Positions 1 through 14,600 of a DNA stretch of 64,000 nucleotides are shown in pieces. The stretch is from the NCBI GenBank assembly GCA_015680685.1, contig MNCI01003158.1:191309-255308 (forward strand), in the 5' to 3' direction. Below the pieces are notes generated by a model. The model had not been told where the DNA came from and ran no database searches. It saw nothing but the letters and a program-made list of their open reading frames with translations. This stretch comes from Gnetum montanum (lineage: Eukaryota > Plantae > Gnetophyta). Every line of letters begins with the position of its first letter. Positions within the stretch are counted from its first letter, which is position 1. Made by a program: the position numbers and the translations under genes.

Positions 1-164
1 ATGATTAGTTAATGATCCCTAAAAATACTACATGCTTCACACAATGCACACCAATCAAATACGTCATCCACCTAATTACTAAGTGTGAGTTTAGGTGAAT
101 TGCTTATCCAGGCCCAAAGGGCTTCTAATCATAATTCATGTGGGTTAATTTTATGGAAAGCAAA

Positions 165-865
165 TAAACATACATGATTGCATATATATTTTCTTTATTT
201 TCTTTGCACAAATAAAAGAATATAATTGATGATAAGTAAATGGGGTTAGCATATTGAAGCAAAAATACATAAACAATATTTACTTGTATAAAAGGGAAAT
301 CTAACTATGACAAAATGTATAAAACATTCATGTGAGGAAAAGCGTACTCCAAGGAGTATTGGGGACATCAGCAAAAGAGGCATAAACTATTCTATAAGAA
401 AAAAAATATGTTTATTATAAAACACCTTAAAGAGGAGAGGACTGCTAGGATGATTAGAGATATGCTAATAGAGAAGATGGGGGTAAGTGATGTGCTAAAA
501 GTCTTTGAAGAGTGTGTTCCAATATAACACAAGGAGAAAGAGAGACAAGTGGTAGATTCTACAAAAGGAAAGGAGGATAGCAAGACTGAGAGAGATGCTA
601 GTGTAGATGATTCTATCTTGTCAGAGATATCGGATGTAAACTTGGAGAACTTGGACTTCACACTCCTTAAACATACATTATCGCATATATATTTTCTTTA
701 TTTTCTTTGCACAAATAAAAGAATACAATTGATGATAGGTAAATGGGCTTAGCATTTTGAAGCAAAACTAAATAAACAATATTGACTTGCATAAAAGGGA
801 AATTTAACTATGACAAAATGTACAAAACATTCATGTAATGAAAGACTTACTCCAAGGAGACATCC
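165..865. repeat. ~190-bp direct repeat pair (165-356 and 668-859, period ~503), probably LTR-derived
   Basis: TAAACATACAT...TACTCCAAGGAG occurs twice with scattered substitutions; the first copy ends in GGGGACATCA, an LTR-like terminus. Confidence 0.7.
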
Positions 866-1951
866 AGCCTTCCAAGATGCAGTGTTTCCATTATACAAAT
901 GAAAGGAGTAACTATGTATTTCAAGTGTATTTTACATGCCATATAATAACCAGCTCACATCATAGAATGGAGAAAATTACAATAGTTAGGTTTACTTTTT
1001 ATGGAAAATTCAACCAATGTTTTCCTATAATTTCAGGCATCTTAAATTTGGCAAAGAAAGCTTAAAAAAATAGGGTCTGAATTTTTGGTAATCAAATCTA
1101 AGTTTGGGAGTTGGGGTTTAACAGTTTTTTTTCTTCCTCAGCCTAAGGCATTTATCAGGCATGCAATATCTGTAATTGGGAGATAAAATCTTAGACTGTA
1201 AATTAGCAGCTATTTAAAAAATAAAATAATAATAATAGTAACAATCACTGTTCTTTTTATTCTCAGGCTAAAGTCGTGAATGTGCAGTCTCTAATATCAT
1301 TTCCAAAAAAAATAAATAAAAAAAAATCAAAAAGGAATAAAAAGAAACAAAGGGTAGATTCTATGTGTGATGGTTGTCATTTACATTTTTACCATATCTA
1401 AGAAATCAGAAAACAGTAAATGCTTACTATATAATAACAAAATGAAAAAGGATGGCAGCCTCTATGCTAACATTATTAAAGAATCAAAATTATGATTTTA
1501 TGGAGTAGAAAACAAACAAAATATTATGTGCTCATGTGCAATATGGAAAGGAGAAACTACAATAAAATATGATATACACTAAGTTTGAATACCATGATCA
1601 ATTAACATGGTTCCAAACTTTTACATCTTCATTAATAAATTTTCCAGCCTCTTATGCTTTCACATTCAGAGAAATGTAGGCTTGGACAAAGGACCATTTA
1701 ACAATGATTTGGGACATGATGACTCTCTTAGAAACCCCTCAAAACTGACTAAAAAATGATCAACAAAACAGAACACTTAACAAAAGACACTGAAAATCCT
1801 CATATGCATAGCTTTGTTTTTTTAATATTAAATTGAGTACTCAATGGACCCTTTGGCCATCTAGCTGTGCTACACCAAGTCTTTTCAATCCTACAACATC
1901 TTGTAGCCCACACAAGAAGAACACTAGGGTTGGATAAAATGGTAGGGGCTA

Positions 1952-3641
1952 ACACCATCAAGCACTTCCAAGAACTAAGCCCTTGTAGTCCACACAAGAG
2001 ATCACTAACCTTGGATAGAATAATGGGGGACATTTTTTTTATAAAACAAAAATGATCACAAAAACATAAAATACCAAGTACACATGATACAAGAAAATGC
2101 TAACTCATAAGCCCAAAACATGCACACCAAAAATCAAATCCAAGACACATGAGAGACTCCATGTGTGACTCACAACTCACAAGAAATTCCACATGCCCTC
2201 ATGAAATACTTCTCACTTGTCCAAGCCAATACAACTTCAAACACCTACAAAAAAATTTTGTACAACAAGGGTTTGAAATACACACCTTTGAAGTTTAACT
2301 TGACCAATTTGTGGAGGGAGAGGATACCTCAAAGTCAAGTTGTTGTCCAGCCAATGGCCTCAAGAAATCAGTTACAAATTGTAGGTCCAAGGTGCTGCCA
2401 AAATCCCATCACAAAATCAGAGAACCATCAAGAAATTCCACATGCCCTCATGAAATAATTCTCACTTGTCCAAGCCAATACAACTTCAAACACCTACAAA
2501 AAGATTTTGTACAACAAGGGTTTGAAATACACACCTTTGAAGTTTAACTTGACCAATTTGTGGAGGGAGAGGATACCTCAAAGTCAGGTTGTTGTCCAGC
2601 TAGTGGCCTCAAGAAATCAGTTACAAATTGTAGGTCCAAGGTGCTGCCAAAATCCCATCACAAAATTAGAGAACCATCAAGCACCTCCAAGAACTAAGCC
2701 CTTGTAGTCCACACAAGAGATCACCAACCTTGGATAGAATGATGGAGGGCATTTTTTTTATAAAACAAAAATGATCACAAAAACATAAAATATCAAGTAC
2801 ACATGATACAAGAAAATGCTAACTCATAAGCCCAAAACATGCACACCAAAAATCAAATCCAAGACACATGAGAGACTCCATGTGTGACTCACAACTCACA
2901 AAAAATTCCACATGCGCTCATGAAATAATTCTCACTTGTCCAAGCCAATACAACTTCAAACACCTACAACAAAATTTTGTACAACAAGGGTTTGAAATAC
3001 ACACCTTTGAAGTTTAACTTGACCAATTTGTGGAGGGAGAGGATACCTCAAAGTCAGGTTGTTGTCTAGCTAGTGGCCTCAAGAAATCAGTTACAAATTG
3101 TAGGTCCAAGGTGCTACCAAAATCCCATCACAAAATCAGAGAACCATCAAGCACCTCCAAGAACTAAGCCCTTGTAGTCCACACAAGAGATCACCAACCT
3201 TGGATAGAATGATGGAGGGCATTTTTTTTATAAAACAAAAATGATCACAAAAACATAAAATATCAAGTACACATGATACAAGAAAATGCTAACTCATAAG
3301 CCCAAAACATGCACACCAAAAATCAAATCCAAGACACATGAGAGACTCCATGTGTGACTCACAACTCACAAAAAATTCCACATGCACTCATGAAATAATT
3401 CTCACTTGTCCAAGCCAATACAACTTCAAACACCTACAAAAAAATTTTGTACAACAAGGGTTTGAAATACACACCTTTGAAGTTTAACTTGACCAATTTG
3501 TGGAGGGAGAGGATACCTCAAAGTCAGGTTGTTGTCCAGCCAATGGCCTCAAGAAATCAGTTACAAATTGTAGGTCCAAGGTGCTGCCAAAATCCCATCA
3601 CAAAATCAAAGAACCATCAAGCACCTCCAAGAACTAAGCCC
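1952..3641. repeat. Tandem array: three ~470-bp units plus one 249-bp partial unit
   Basis: The anchor (GA)ACCATCAAG recurs at about 1952, 2422, 2671, 3141 and 3611, giving spacings of 470/249/470/470; units are near-identical. Confidence 0.95.
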
Positions 3642-4309
3642 AGGTCTTGCAACTTAAGAAACAAGCACCTTACCATCACTCCAAGTGGTGGTGGTTCCTC
3701 CTAATTCACCTTAGAAATCTTAAATTATGCACAGCCAACTATAGCCAGTGACATAGAAACTCAAATGTTAGAAACTATATTTGTAATGAACTTGATAAGT
3801 TGCAAATTGAAAGACAAGAATAATATAGCTGTGAAGGAACCATCTCCATGTTTATGCACTATATTGTTATCAACGATACAGTATTCATGATTTAGCAATC
3901 AGGAAAATCAGAAACTAGATATGCACTTAATAAACTTGTTTTACGCAAACAGGTGGCCAAGAAGCACAAGAATCATATGAAATAATAATCCACAAATCAA
4001 ATCATTGAAATTTTAATGGAAGAATCAAAGCAACTTTAAACAATAATAATCAACAAACCATTATGAATAATGATAACAAATAATTTGATAGTCTTTTCTA
4101 ATATTTGGCACATGTAATATCACACATACTCTAGCTATTAGTAAAGATACAGTATCAGCTATGCTGCCTTTGATTTATTTATATTGATGAATAAATGAAT
4201 TCTGATATTCTAATCAAACACTACCAGAAGCTATCTTTCAGTTACTCATTTACTTTTGAATTTTACTCATTACTCACATTTAACACACATGATATCTACA
4301 TTCATAATT

Positions 4310-4890
4310 CTCTAAGCTAACTTCCCAAGAGAACCCATTTTAAAATAATTTTAAAATTTTAAGTCCAAGTCTGCCATGTTCCAGTTGATCGCAAATTGTT
4401 TTCTGATCCAAATAGATAAATCTTTTTGCCTTAACACCAAATCCTGCCAAAGAAAATGACATTCTAAATTTTCTAGTCTCTTAACTACCTCCTTTGGTGT
4501 CTAAAGACATGACATTTAGTGGTATAAATTGAAGACAATTGTGATGTAATCTTTAAACCATGATAAGAAGTTTCCCTTGCCAACTAGCTAATCTCTGAGC
4601 CATCCTCTCTAGAATTCTAGTCACCAACTCTAACTTATTTTTTCATAAATAAAGGTATACTCATATTTGCTTGAAATACTAGCCCACCCATATTTTTGCA
4701 TTTGAAATATTTTGCTTCCTGATTTGTAAAATATGGAAAGGAAACAAAATGTTTTCATCAAAATTAAGTTTTAATCTTAAAACTTTGAGAAAATTATCTA
4801 ACACATCTTTAACATTCCAAATGTATCTTTCTTCAGCTCTAGGAAGATAAAGTGTCAGCAACAAATTACACATGTTTAAAATCAAACAAA
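4310..4890 (-). mobile_element. Decayed L1-type LINE fragment (C-terminal RT region)
   Basis: Minus-strand translation with frameshifts gives EERYIWNVKDVLDNFLKVLRLKLNF, ERMAQRLASWQGKLL, KRLENLECHFLWQ and KTICDQLEHGRLGLK, the typical post-RT LINE motifs. Confidence 0.6.
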
Positions 4891-5533
4891 TCCTAAGCTG
4901 GTGTGATTCTTTTTCATATCTTCGTTTTTCGAGTTTTCTCTTTAATCAAACATTTTAAGGCTTCAACAACAATAATAAATTAAAAGAATATATAGGATCT
5001 CCTTGTCTTAGCCCTTTGCTTTATGAAATCTGTGTTTCATTTCCCCATTAAACAAAACTGAAAATGAACCAATAGCATAAAGCATCACTGAAAATGAAGC
5101 AATAGCATAAAACATTGAACACTAATGATTAAGAAATTCAAATTTATGTACTATGGCATCCAAAAATCTCCATGAGACATGATCATAAGCTTTGCTTAAA
5201 TGAAGTTCAAGATCAAGTAAATCTGTATTTTGTTTTGAAGTTCAATGAAAAATTTCATTGACAAGAATAATTTAATCTAAAATCTGCTTCCCTTTCACAA
5301 ATTCTGCTTTGCAATCAATGATGATGAATGACATGACGCTTTTTAGTTTTTCTGCTAAGACATTAGAAATAATTTTACAAAGAACATTACACAAATTTAC
5401 AGGTCTGAGGTCAGATATTGTTAAAGTACTTTGCTTCTTTGGATTTAAATTAATTCATGTAGTAAGTATTTATATGTTCTATTGTTAATCAATTTTTCAG
5501 TTTTAGCTATCTAATGATCTGTTGCCCCTCCAG

Positions 5534-5656
5534 GTCAAACATTATGAAAGGCTTTCCCCTTTAATAGCATCAAATACACCCTTAGTCTATTATGCCGATA
5601 TCCGTAAAGGTGATTGTATTGTTGCATTTTCAAGACGGGAGATATATAGATTTAAG
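5534..5656 (+). CDS. SUV3: SUV3 exon (VKHYERLSPL...GDCIVAFSRREIYRFK)
   Basis: cag| acceptor, |gtatgt donor, 41 codons. Confidence 0.95.
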
Positions 5657-8600
5657 GTATGTCCGAGTTTCATTCCAAGTTCATACTCATTAACCTCTAT
5701 GAATGTTTGGGTATTTTTTGGGCATTGATTGGCATTAAGGATTTTGTCTGTTTCACGTTATATTGTTTTTAGAATGTCATTCGTTAATTGTAGTCATTCT
5801 GTATGGTTTATTCTTCTTGATTAATTAACTTGAGCATTGTTTTAAAATAATTTTGGCAGAAACAAATTGAGTCACATACAAAGCATTTATGTTCTGTGGT
5901 TTATGGATCCTTACCTCCTGAGACACGCACAAGACAGGTAAACTGCAAGTAGTTTTCAATTTTTCTTTTTCTTTTTAATTTCCGAAAGATGCCAATATTC
6001 ATTATTTGCACGATGGAACTAAATGTAGTAATGAATGTTAATGATTTATGAGAATCACGCTTGGCAAGAATACAACTTGCATACCCATTTCAGGGTTATG
6101 TTTGTTTTTGTTAGTGTCAAAGCTTAGTATGCACATTGAAATATAAAAAAAGTACAGAGAAGAAATATGTCGTAGATAGGCCTTATGGATAATTGGAGAT
6201 TCTGCATAAAAGCTTGGAACTATTATTTTTATATTTGAAACTAAGAACTCCAAACAGGCTGAAGTGCGAAGACATGCATTGTCACTGTAGGACAACTACC
6301 TTAAATGACGTAACTCCGAGAGGAATATGCCTTCCAAACTTGCAATCCAACGTGCACTGAGCACAATTAGTTTGAAACACAAGGAGCATGGCATCAGAGC
6401 GTATATTTAAAATTATTTAAAATTAGACTTTATCATGTAACTTTATGGGAACAACCAGGAGGACCCTCCATAATGTTGCACTGCAATGGTGATTGGTGTA
6501 TTAGGAAAGTAATGGATGGCAAGAATATGAACCTCATATAAAAGAACTGAAGGAACCTAAAGAGTATCTGTCAGCGTACAATTGAACTATTTCACTGCCG
6601 AAAGCGTAGCTCCACCAAGTGGGGTGAATCTAGTCATGTAGTTGAAGGTAAACACATGGAGCGGAAGACCCGTATCTATCTTATGGCGCCTTAGGCATTT
6701 TGAGAATTTGGAAATTTAGTATAAATTATTTAGAACCAGTATCTAAATATTTGAAACTAAAATTAGAAACAGGCTAAAATTCAAAAACATGCATTTTCAC
6801 CCCCCTGGATTTTTGATTGAGGGGGGTAATTAAGTTGGTGTCGGGGGGTGATATCATTTTGGTGTGAGGAAGGGGGTTTCACCCCCCTTGATTTCTGATT
6901 GAGGGGTAATGTCTAGTGTCGGGGGTTGGTACCATTTTGGTGTGAGGGTGGTGGTTTGTTCGTTATTTCTCTCCCTTAGCATCCGCTGGGTGGGGCATTT
7001 ATGCACATATCGATTATTAATATACCCGAACTTCTTTTCTAAAAATAATATTCATTTTCGATGGAAGGCAATAATCTCACTTCATAGTTTTTTTCGTGGG
7101 GCCTTTTTACCGTAAGAAGATTGTCAATAGAGGCATGCTCTCACTATGCTTACATAACTGAGATACTAGTGACATTCTTTATACCATAGTTTTCAACCAC
7201 CTTTTGAAGTTTACTTCTTCTTAGTTGGAGTTCCTCTAAAAATCTTTAGGAGATGTAAAATGATGATTTTAGTAATTAGAGAATATGGATTTGGAGTACA
7301 TCTTGGCGTTCCTTGGGATCACAGATCCATAAGTATGCAGTCAATCTAGACATGAGATAATTATAAATTATTTTAAAGAATTTTAATGGCAGGTTTTAGA
7401 GACAAAAAATCTAAAAAATAAACCAATAGGTAATAGGTGATTTGTAGTTTTTGTTCTATTTGTATATTGTTATCCATTCTACTATTTCCAACATAAAAAT
7501 CTTTTACACTTATTTTAATATGAAATAAACTATGGACATTGCTGATTATGCTTTGATGCTGTAGGAAGCTGCTATTACTTCTTCCTTTTTTCTTCCATCC
7601 TTTAAAATTAGCCCAGATTTATTAATCCTGACATCTTATGAAAAGTCATAGTTTGAAAAGGCTGCCATTTAGAAAGAAATATATTTAATATGTGGTTTAA
7701 TGTGACAGGCAAGAATGTTCAATGATGCAGAAAGCGATTTTGATGTTCTTGTGGCTAGTGATGCAGTTGGAATGGGTCTAAATTTAAATATCCACCGAAT
7801 CATATTTTCAACACTGGCAAAGTTTGATGGTGAATCTTACCGCCCACTTACAGTTCCAGAAATTAAACAGATAGCAGGTCTGAAAGTACTTATAGAATGC
7901 TTTTGGCATCATAATTGCATGTTATTTAAGTTCTAAAATCTTCTTACCAAGAGATTTTTCCAACATCCAATCACCTTCTTGGTATTGCAGTTTTCCCATA
8001 ATTTTTCAAAGTTCTTACTTTGTGATTGTTTCAAGCGCATCAAGTATTTCGTATCATTTGTTTGCTAGGGTCATTAAATCCATGTTTCATTTCAAAATAA
8101 GAAACCATTTTGTGGATGGTATTAGAACAAGATACAAGCATATGTGACCAATGACCTCTCAATAGGGAATTCCCGCATGTTTTTTTATTGAATTATTTTT
8201 CTCATAATATACCATATGTATTCACAGAATTCATAATTAGCCTAGGTTTATTCCCCATCCCATGGTAGGTTGTCATGTTCTTTGACTCTTACATAAGAGG
8301 CCCAGGTTAAACTTCTTGGTAAGTGTTATGCTATCTGACAACATCCAGCTAGAAGAGGGTCTGGATTGTACTTCTATAAGCTGTGAATTCTCACGCCTCG
8401 TACCTTATAGAAAAAGAAAATACTATAGATCTTTTCAGCTTAATAGGTCTAGCTTAACTGAATTATTTTTAAGTGCCAAAATAGTCCATTCGTTTTATGT
8501 TTTTTAATTCACAGTCCATTCTTGATCGTAGTTGATAAAGTTAGAATTTAGCTACAGTTAGAATTTAGCTACACATAGAGGGCAAGGCTTTCCTAATGAT

Positions 8601-11600
8601 GTCGGCTCATAGGCATACCAACACAATCAAGTGGTAGGAGAAATTTAGTGAGTAAAAATGTGAAGAAAGTTGGTGTTGATATGTTTTACCATCCAATGGT
8701 TAACAATCTCAAGATTAACTATACAGAGAAATCCTTTTCTGTTTACATTGTTCTAGAATCAATTAATAAAGCAGAGGATTTTCTGGACTTGTATATTGAT
8801 GTCCTTTAGCTGTAAATGATTTATTTTGTTATTTTCTTTTGCTTAGAAAAAACCATAACATTACTGTGATTACTATTCCTGTTGGCTTTAACTAGTCATA
8901 TAGATTTATTGTCTTTCATTTTGTAAACATTCTCGTATTTTATTACTAGTTTCATCACAGGTAGAGCAGGTAGGTATGGCTCAATGTTTCCAAATGGAGA
9001 AGTTACCTGTATGCCAGGCAATGATACCGATTTCCTTCACTCTTCATTGCATGCCCCTTCTCCATTGGTTGAGGTAAAATTATGATGCAGCTTTGTTCTT
9101 CATAATCTCCATAAAATGGATTTGTTCAATTTTTTTGGTCTTCTTTATTCCAATTTAGTTGATTATGTGTTATGCTGTACTATTTTTGTATAAAAATTAA
9201 TGTTTACTTATCTCTTAATAGAGGTGACTGGTGGAAAAGAACTCATATAGCTGACCACTTGTACTTGGGACAAGGCTAGGGTAATATTGATGTTGTTGCG
9301 GCTAAAAATTCTAATCCATCTTATCATTCTAGTTGAGGGACCAACTACCAATCATAATCCAACACTAAATTATATTTTGTCCATAATGCATTAGAGGTTC
9401 CATAACTTATATTCTTGGAACCCTAAATTATATTTCATCCATAACTCTTATAGGGCCAATAATATAATGGTAAATAATATTTTTCAAAATTTTCACCCTA
9501 TGAAGTCACAATGGTTAGGATTACATCTTATGGAAAATTCAACCAATGTTTTCCTCTAATTTCATGAGCAAGAACGAGAGAGAGCGAGGGTGATTTTGGT
9601 GTTTAGGCAAGCTCTGGTGCAAGGGGCAAGGATGGGGTGGGCATGGGTGGAGCAGGTAGCACGGGTGGGGGTTTTGGTGTTGAGGGTGTGATGGGAAGGG
9701 GGGAGGTGTCGGCGGGGGACTCTACTTGGGGGGCAGCGGGGTGCGTTCGTGGCGTCTAGGGGTCTTGGAGGGGCTTCTCTCTAGTGCCTTGGGGCGGGGG
9801 GAAGGTTCCATGAGGTTGCAGATTAAGGTTGTTCCAAGTGAGGGGCTCAGAACTCTGGAACGTAGTCTTATCGGGAAGCTCATTTCGGTTGGCACTAGCC
9901 CTAAGCTGGAGGTGGTTGGAAATGGGTAGCAACATAGTGCAATTTTTGTATGGTGGTGGTTTGCAATCTCTCCAGGAATTTGTTATTGTTTATTTTCCAG
10001 ATTGCGTCTAACAGGGATATAGGGGGGCCTTGGTTTTTCGGGGCCAAGGAACTTGCCCTTACCCAATGGCACCCGAGTGCACATTGAGATCTGGATCTAT
10101 TTTCTAGGGATTTGGTGTGGATCCGGGTTTCTAGGATCCCATGGGAAATGTGGGCACTTGCCTTCCTGAGGGTGTTGGCATGCTTCTTTGGGGAGTTCAT
10201 TACATTTGATAAATCCACAACATCCCTAGATAGGATGGGGTATGCACGCTTCTATGTTTGGAAGTCCCTTGCACCAAAGGATCTGGTGCATGAGGTAGTC
10301 TTAGACCTATTGACAGGAGAGGAGAAAGTGCAGGTGGAATATGAGAACATGGTGACCAACATTCGTATGGTGTAGCGACTCTTGAAGAAGCACCATGGAG
10401 TGTGTGGAAAGGCATGTCATGTGACAGCGGATTGTTGGGTGACACAAAACACCCAGGGCCCAAAGAAACCTAGGGATGGTTGGATAGTTGTTACTCATTT
10501 GGGGGGGGGTGTTTGGGGAACAGCCTTAGCATCTTGTGCAAGGTGCTTCGGATTTGCAGACCCCTGTGAAAAATTCTATGGCAAATCTAAGGGAGAAGGT
10601 TGCAATTCCAGAGGGCACAAGGGTTTCCAAGGGGGTGCTTAGGTGGATCTTGGAAAGGCGATTCCCCTCCCCTCCTCTCGAGGCACGTAGGTGAAGGTGG
10701 TGCCTAGGGAAGATGAGTAGGATAAGGCGATGTTGGACTTGCCTATTCGAGGGCACTCTAGGTCCTTGTGGGGGGCTTTGGTGACTACCATGGGGGCGGG
10801 GGCAGCTTTCCCCCTTGGGAGGATGGGTGTTTGTCTTGAGGGGGAGCCCTATGCCTTCAATGTAGGAGATTGCGGGGGGAGGTGCTTCTTCGGAATCAGC
10901 TTTTCTGGTCTCCCCAAATTTGAGTAATGTTGGGAGATCACTGGGCCTTGTGTCCTAGATGAAAAAGACACCGAGGAAGATTGACTTGGGGGTCCAAAAG
11001 ACCATCTAGGAGGTATTCAAAAAGTTCTCTTCCGGTGAACTATGAGAATCCTTTCATGGAACTATATGGGACAAGGTACCCCTTTCAAGCATAATACCCT
11101 CAAGGAAATTGTATGTAGGGAACACTATGATGTTGTTTGTCGGCAAGAGACTAAACTTCAACAACATGAATTCCATTGGTTATGTTGGCCGGGTTGGCAA
11201 ACACACTTTATGGCCTGTCAGGGGAGAGCTGTGGAGCTGGCCTCCTTGTACCGTTGGCCTTTTGAGATGGTTGATGCGTCCATGTGGAGCATCACTATTC
11301 TTTTTTGCCAGATAGGAATTTGGCTCATGAACTTTTATGGTGCATAGTAGTGGGAGGAGTAGATTAGGGAGCTACAAAGGATTGTCTCGCTGATCTTGAA
11401 TTGGGGGAAGTGGATTCTAGTTAGAGACTTCAATCAGAGGTTGTATGCATGGGAATAGTCTGATGGAGGAACTCAAGAGCCTCTTGGGGCTTAGCCTTTC
11501 CTGTAGTTCCTAGAAACTAATGGGTTGGTGGACATGGACATTAGGGGTTGCCAATTCACATGGTGCAATCAAAGGAAAGGCAAAGATAGGATCATGACAA

Positions 11601-14600
11601 AGATTGATAGAATTTGGGTTGGGTCGCTCCTGCTGATGGATTGGGGGGTGATTGTTCTGGGGAAGGAGTGAGTGGCCTCTGACCACAAGTCACTGTTGTG
11701 CCAGGTTGGTCACTCGGTGTTGGGGGGAGCGACATCGTTCAGATTCGAAAGATTTTGGTTGACTAAGCCTAGGTTGAGGTCGATGGTAGAGGAGATTTGG
11801 AAGGACTATCCCTCCCTCACTGATCCCAAGGACTTTCTTAAGTAGGGCTTGGCTTTGCTAAAACAGAGCATTAGGGCATTGAAGTCCAATGAAAAGTATT
11901 CTTTTAGGTCTTGCCATGGTAAGTTGATGGAGCATTTAGTAGTTATATAGGCAACGTAGGAGCAGGGACATGATTTGGAAGACGATGAGGGGGAGGTGCT
12001 TGTGAAGCTCTAGAACCTGGATGCAGAGGAGGAAACCTATTGGAGGCAACATGAATAGGCGCATTGGCTTTGAGAGGGGGATAGGAACACCTATTTTTTC
12101 TTTGCGATTGCTCGTTCAGCATAGATCTTCAAACAAATCCATAATATCAAGGTTGTAGGCACTACGGTGGAAGGGAAACAAGAGGTTGCCCATGCGTTGA
12201 TGGATTATTAGTCGGGTATTTGGCAGCGGAAGGAGATTGTGCCTCTCCATTGATATTGGGCAGATCTTGAATGAGGATGATAATCGGAGGTTGCTGGCTC
12301 CTTTTAGTTTGGAAGAATTAGGAGAGGCTCTTGCTTCTATGAAGGGGGAGAGGGTGCTTGGTCCTAATGGCTAGCCGGTGGAATTGTTTCAAGCCTCTGT
12401 TGATGTGTTGGGGGATAATTTACTAGATGCCTTTACCGCCATGCTGTGTTGGGGGCAAGTTCGGCTGGAGATCAATTGCTCTTGGCTAGTGCTTATCCCC
12501 AAGATGGCCAACCTCACCCATTTCTGGGCAGTTGGGGTGTGCAACACTTTGCTTCATTTTTTTGCTAAAATGTTGGTGGCCCAAATGGGATCCATGATGC
12601 CACGTTTAGTTGGGGAGCAACAGGCTGGATTTGTCAAGGGTAGGTATATTCAAGACTAGGTTATTTTGGTATAGAAAGTGATGCATTCACTAAGAGTGAC
12701 TAAATACTTAGGTATGTGTCTCAAACTGGATATTATGAAAGCTTATGACACGGTGTCTTGGAGTGCCCTGTGAGACATAATGTTGCAAAAAGGTTACCAT
12801 TCGCACTTTGTCGATCTTTGTATACATATTCTGGCATCGGGAGCTTTCTCATTGGATCTAGAGGGGTAGTTTTGGGGGTTTTCCTCCCTTGGCAGGGGGT
12901 TACCGCAAGGGGACTCCCTATTGTTGTATTTGTTTATTTTGGTCATGGATGCGATGCGAACCTATTGCATGGTGGAGGGGGTAAGAGGCCTGGACATTGG
13001 GGGTGTCAGTTGCTTGGTTGCACATTATGTTGACGACACCATCTTGTTTTCTCAGTTGGCAGTACCTCAGGTGCTAGTGATTAATAGGGCACTACAACAC
13101 ATGGTGGAGGAGGTTAGATTAGAGATCAATTGGGGCCAATTGATGGTTCATTTGCTAAATATGGATTTTAGGGTTCGGGCTCAGATTGTCCAATTGATGG
13201 GATTTTGCCATGGTCCACGGATGACAATTATCTTGGGCTACCTTTGTACAATTGACATCAGAGATGTGTGGGGGGTCTTCTTTGGAGGTTGCAAGATTGG
13301 ATGGGCCATTGGATGGCTTGATTTTTGTCTTGGTCTAGGAGGTTACTATTGGCTACATCGATGCTTTCAGCCATTGTTTGGTACTGGCTTCGGTTACCTT
13401 CACTGCAACAGACATCATATAGAAAGTGGATCAACTTATTAGGAATTTCACCTGGTTGGGAGGTAAAGGGGGTAGTCAAATGCATTTGGTTGGTTGGGAT
13501 ACGATGGCTACACCTAAGAACGTTGGGGGGCTTGGCATCCTCTGGTTCTGGGATGTCATTGTGATGGGGTACCAGTGGCTTCTTAATCAGTTGCTCCAAC
13601 ATGACTATAATCCTGCCCAATTGATTATCCTTATGAATAATAAGTACCAGCAATGGGAGGCCTCTATGCATGATTCACATATCCGGTGGGCCTTATGCTC
13701 ACATAAGTAGGAGATGATGATGATGGGACTTTTGAATGTGCCACCAAAGCAGTTGGTTAGAAATAAATACCCAAAGGTCAAGGGGTGGTGACAGTTATGG
13801 AAGGGTTGGCTCCTTGAAAAGATTCAGACATTCATATGGCTTCTCAATCATTTTGCTATCCTTGTGCAGTATGAATTATGACAATGGGGGGTTAATGGTA
13901 ATGCCACATGTCCCCTCTGCATGGTGAGGGAGGAAACTGTTGCTCACTTTATTTGGCAATGTCTATTTTCGAGGAGGGTGTAGTGGGTTGTGTTAACTAG
14001 TGATTCAGTTTGATGGTGATTCTCATGCTACTGTGATCTTGTGGGTGTTTTGGTAGACGTAGAATTACTGAGTTTTCAAGGAGGTGTTGTCATCATCAGA
14101 CATAGGTTGCGGTAGTTGGAGTAAGGCTTTGGAGGGAAGTGCATTTGGCAATGGGTGTGACTCCCACTCATGGACCCTCCTGCATGGAGTATTGGGAGAA
14201 CCTGATTCTCTGGAATATGGTTTCTAGAGTTGGGTGGGTTGACAACCTTGAAGATGGGCCATTCTATATGAATTGGATGGGGGATGTCATGCTCTTTAGG
14301 GGGGTGCGCATTGATCTCATGGAGGAGGCCATTGCGTGTTACTTGCACATGTCGATGGAGTGGAAGGAGGTATTGCTTTGGGGGCAAGGATTGTAGGATG
14401 TGCAGGATTTCTTTGTGGGGCATGTGCCTAAGACCGTTGGGGGTGGTTAGGTCTCAAAGTCAATGCTAGATCCTCTCTAGTAGGATGTGGCTGTTTTGAT
14501 CAATAGATTTTTCACGCACTCCAACAATGCCTAGAGGTTGCTGGGAGTGCACTTCAGTTTTATGCATAGCCTCTATAGGGGGTATAAAGTTGACTTGCCT

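Noticed and set aside
1952-3641. Tandem array as a CRISPR-like locus, retrozyme or Penelope pseudo-LTR, or as coding repeats
   Set aside because: No repeat-spacer structure, no CTGANGA..GAAA hammerhead core found on either strand, and the short ORFs have no recognisable motif.
8540-8573. 17-bp perfect tandem duplication AGTTAGAATTTAGCTAC
   Set aside because: Ordinary local slippage or repair duplication with no associated element; similar minor duplications at about 5057-5115 and 19952-20030.
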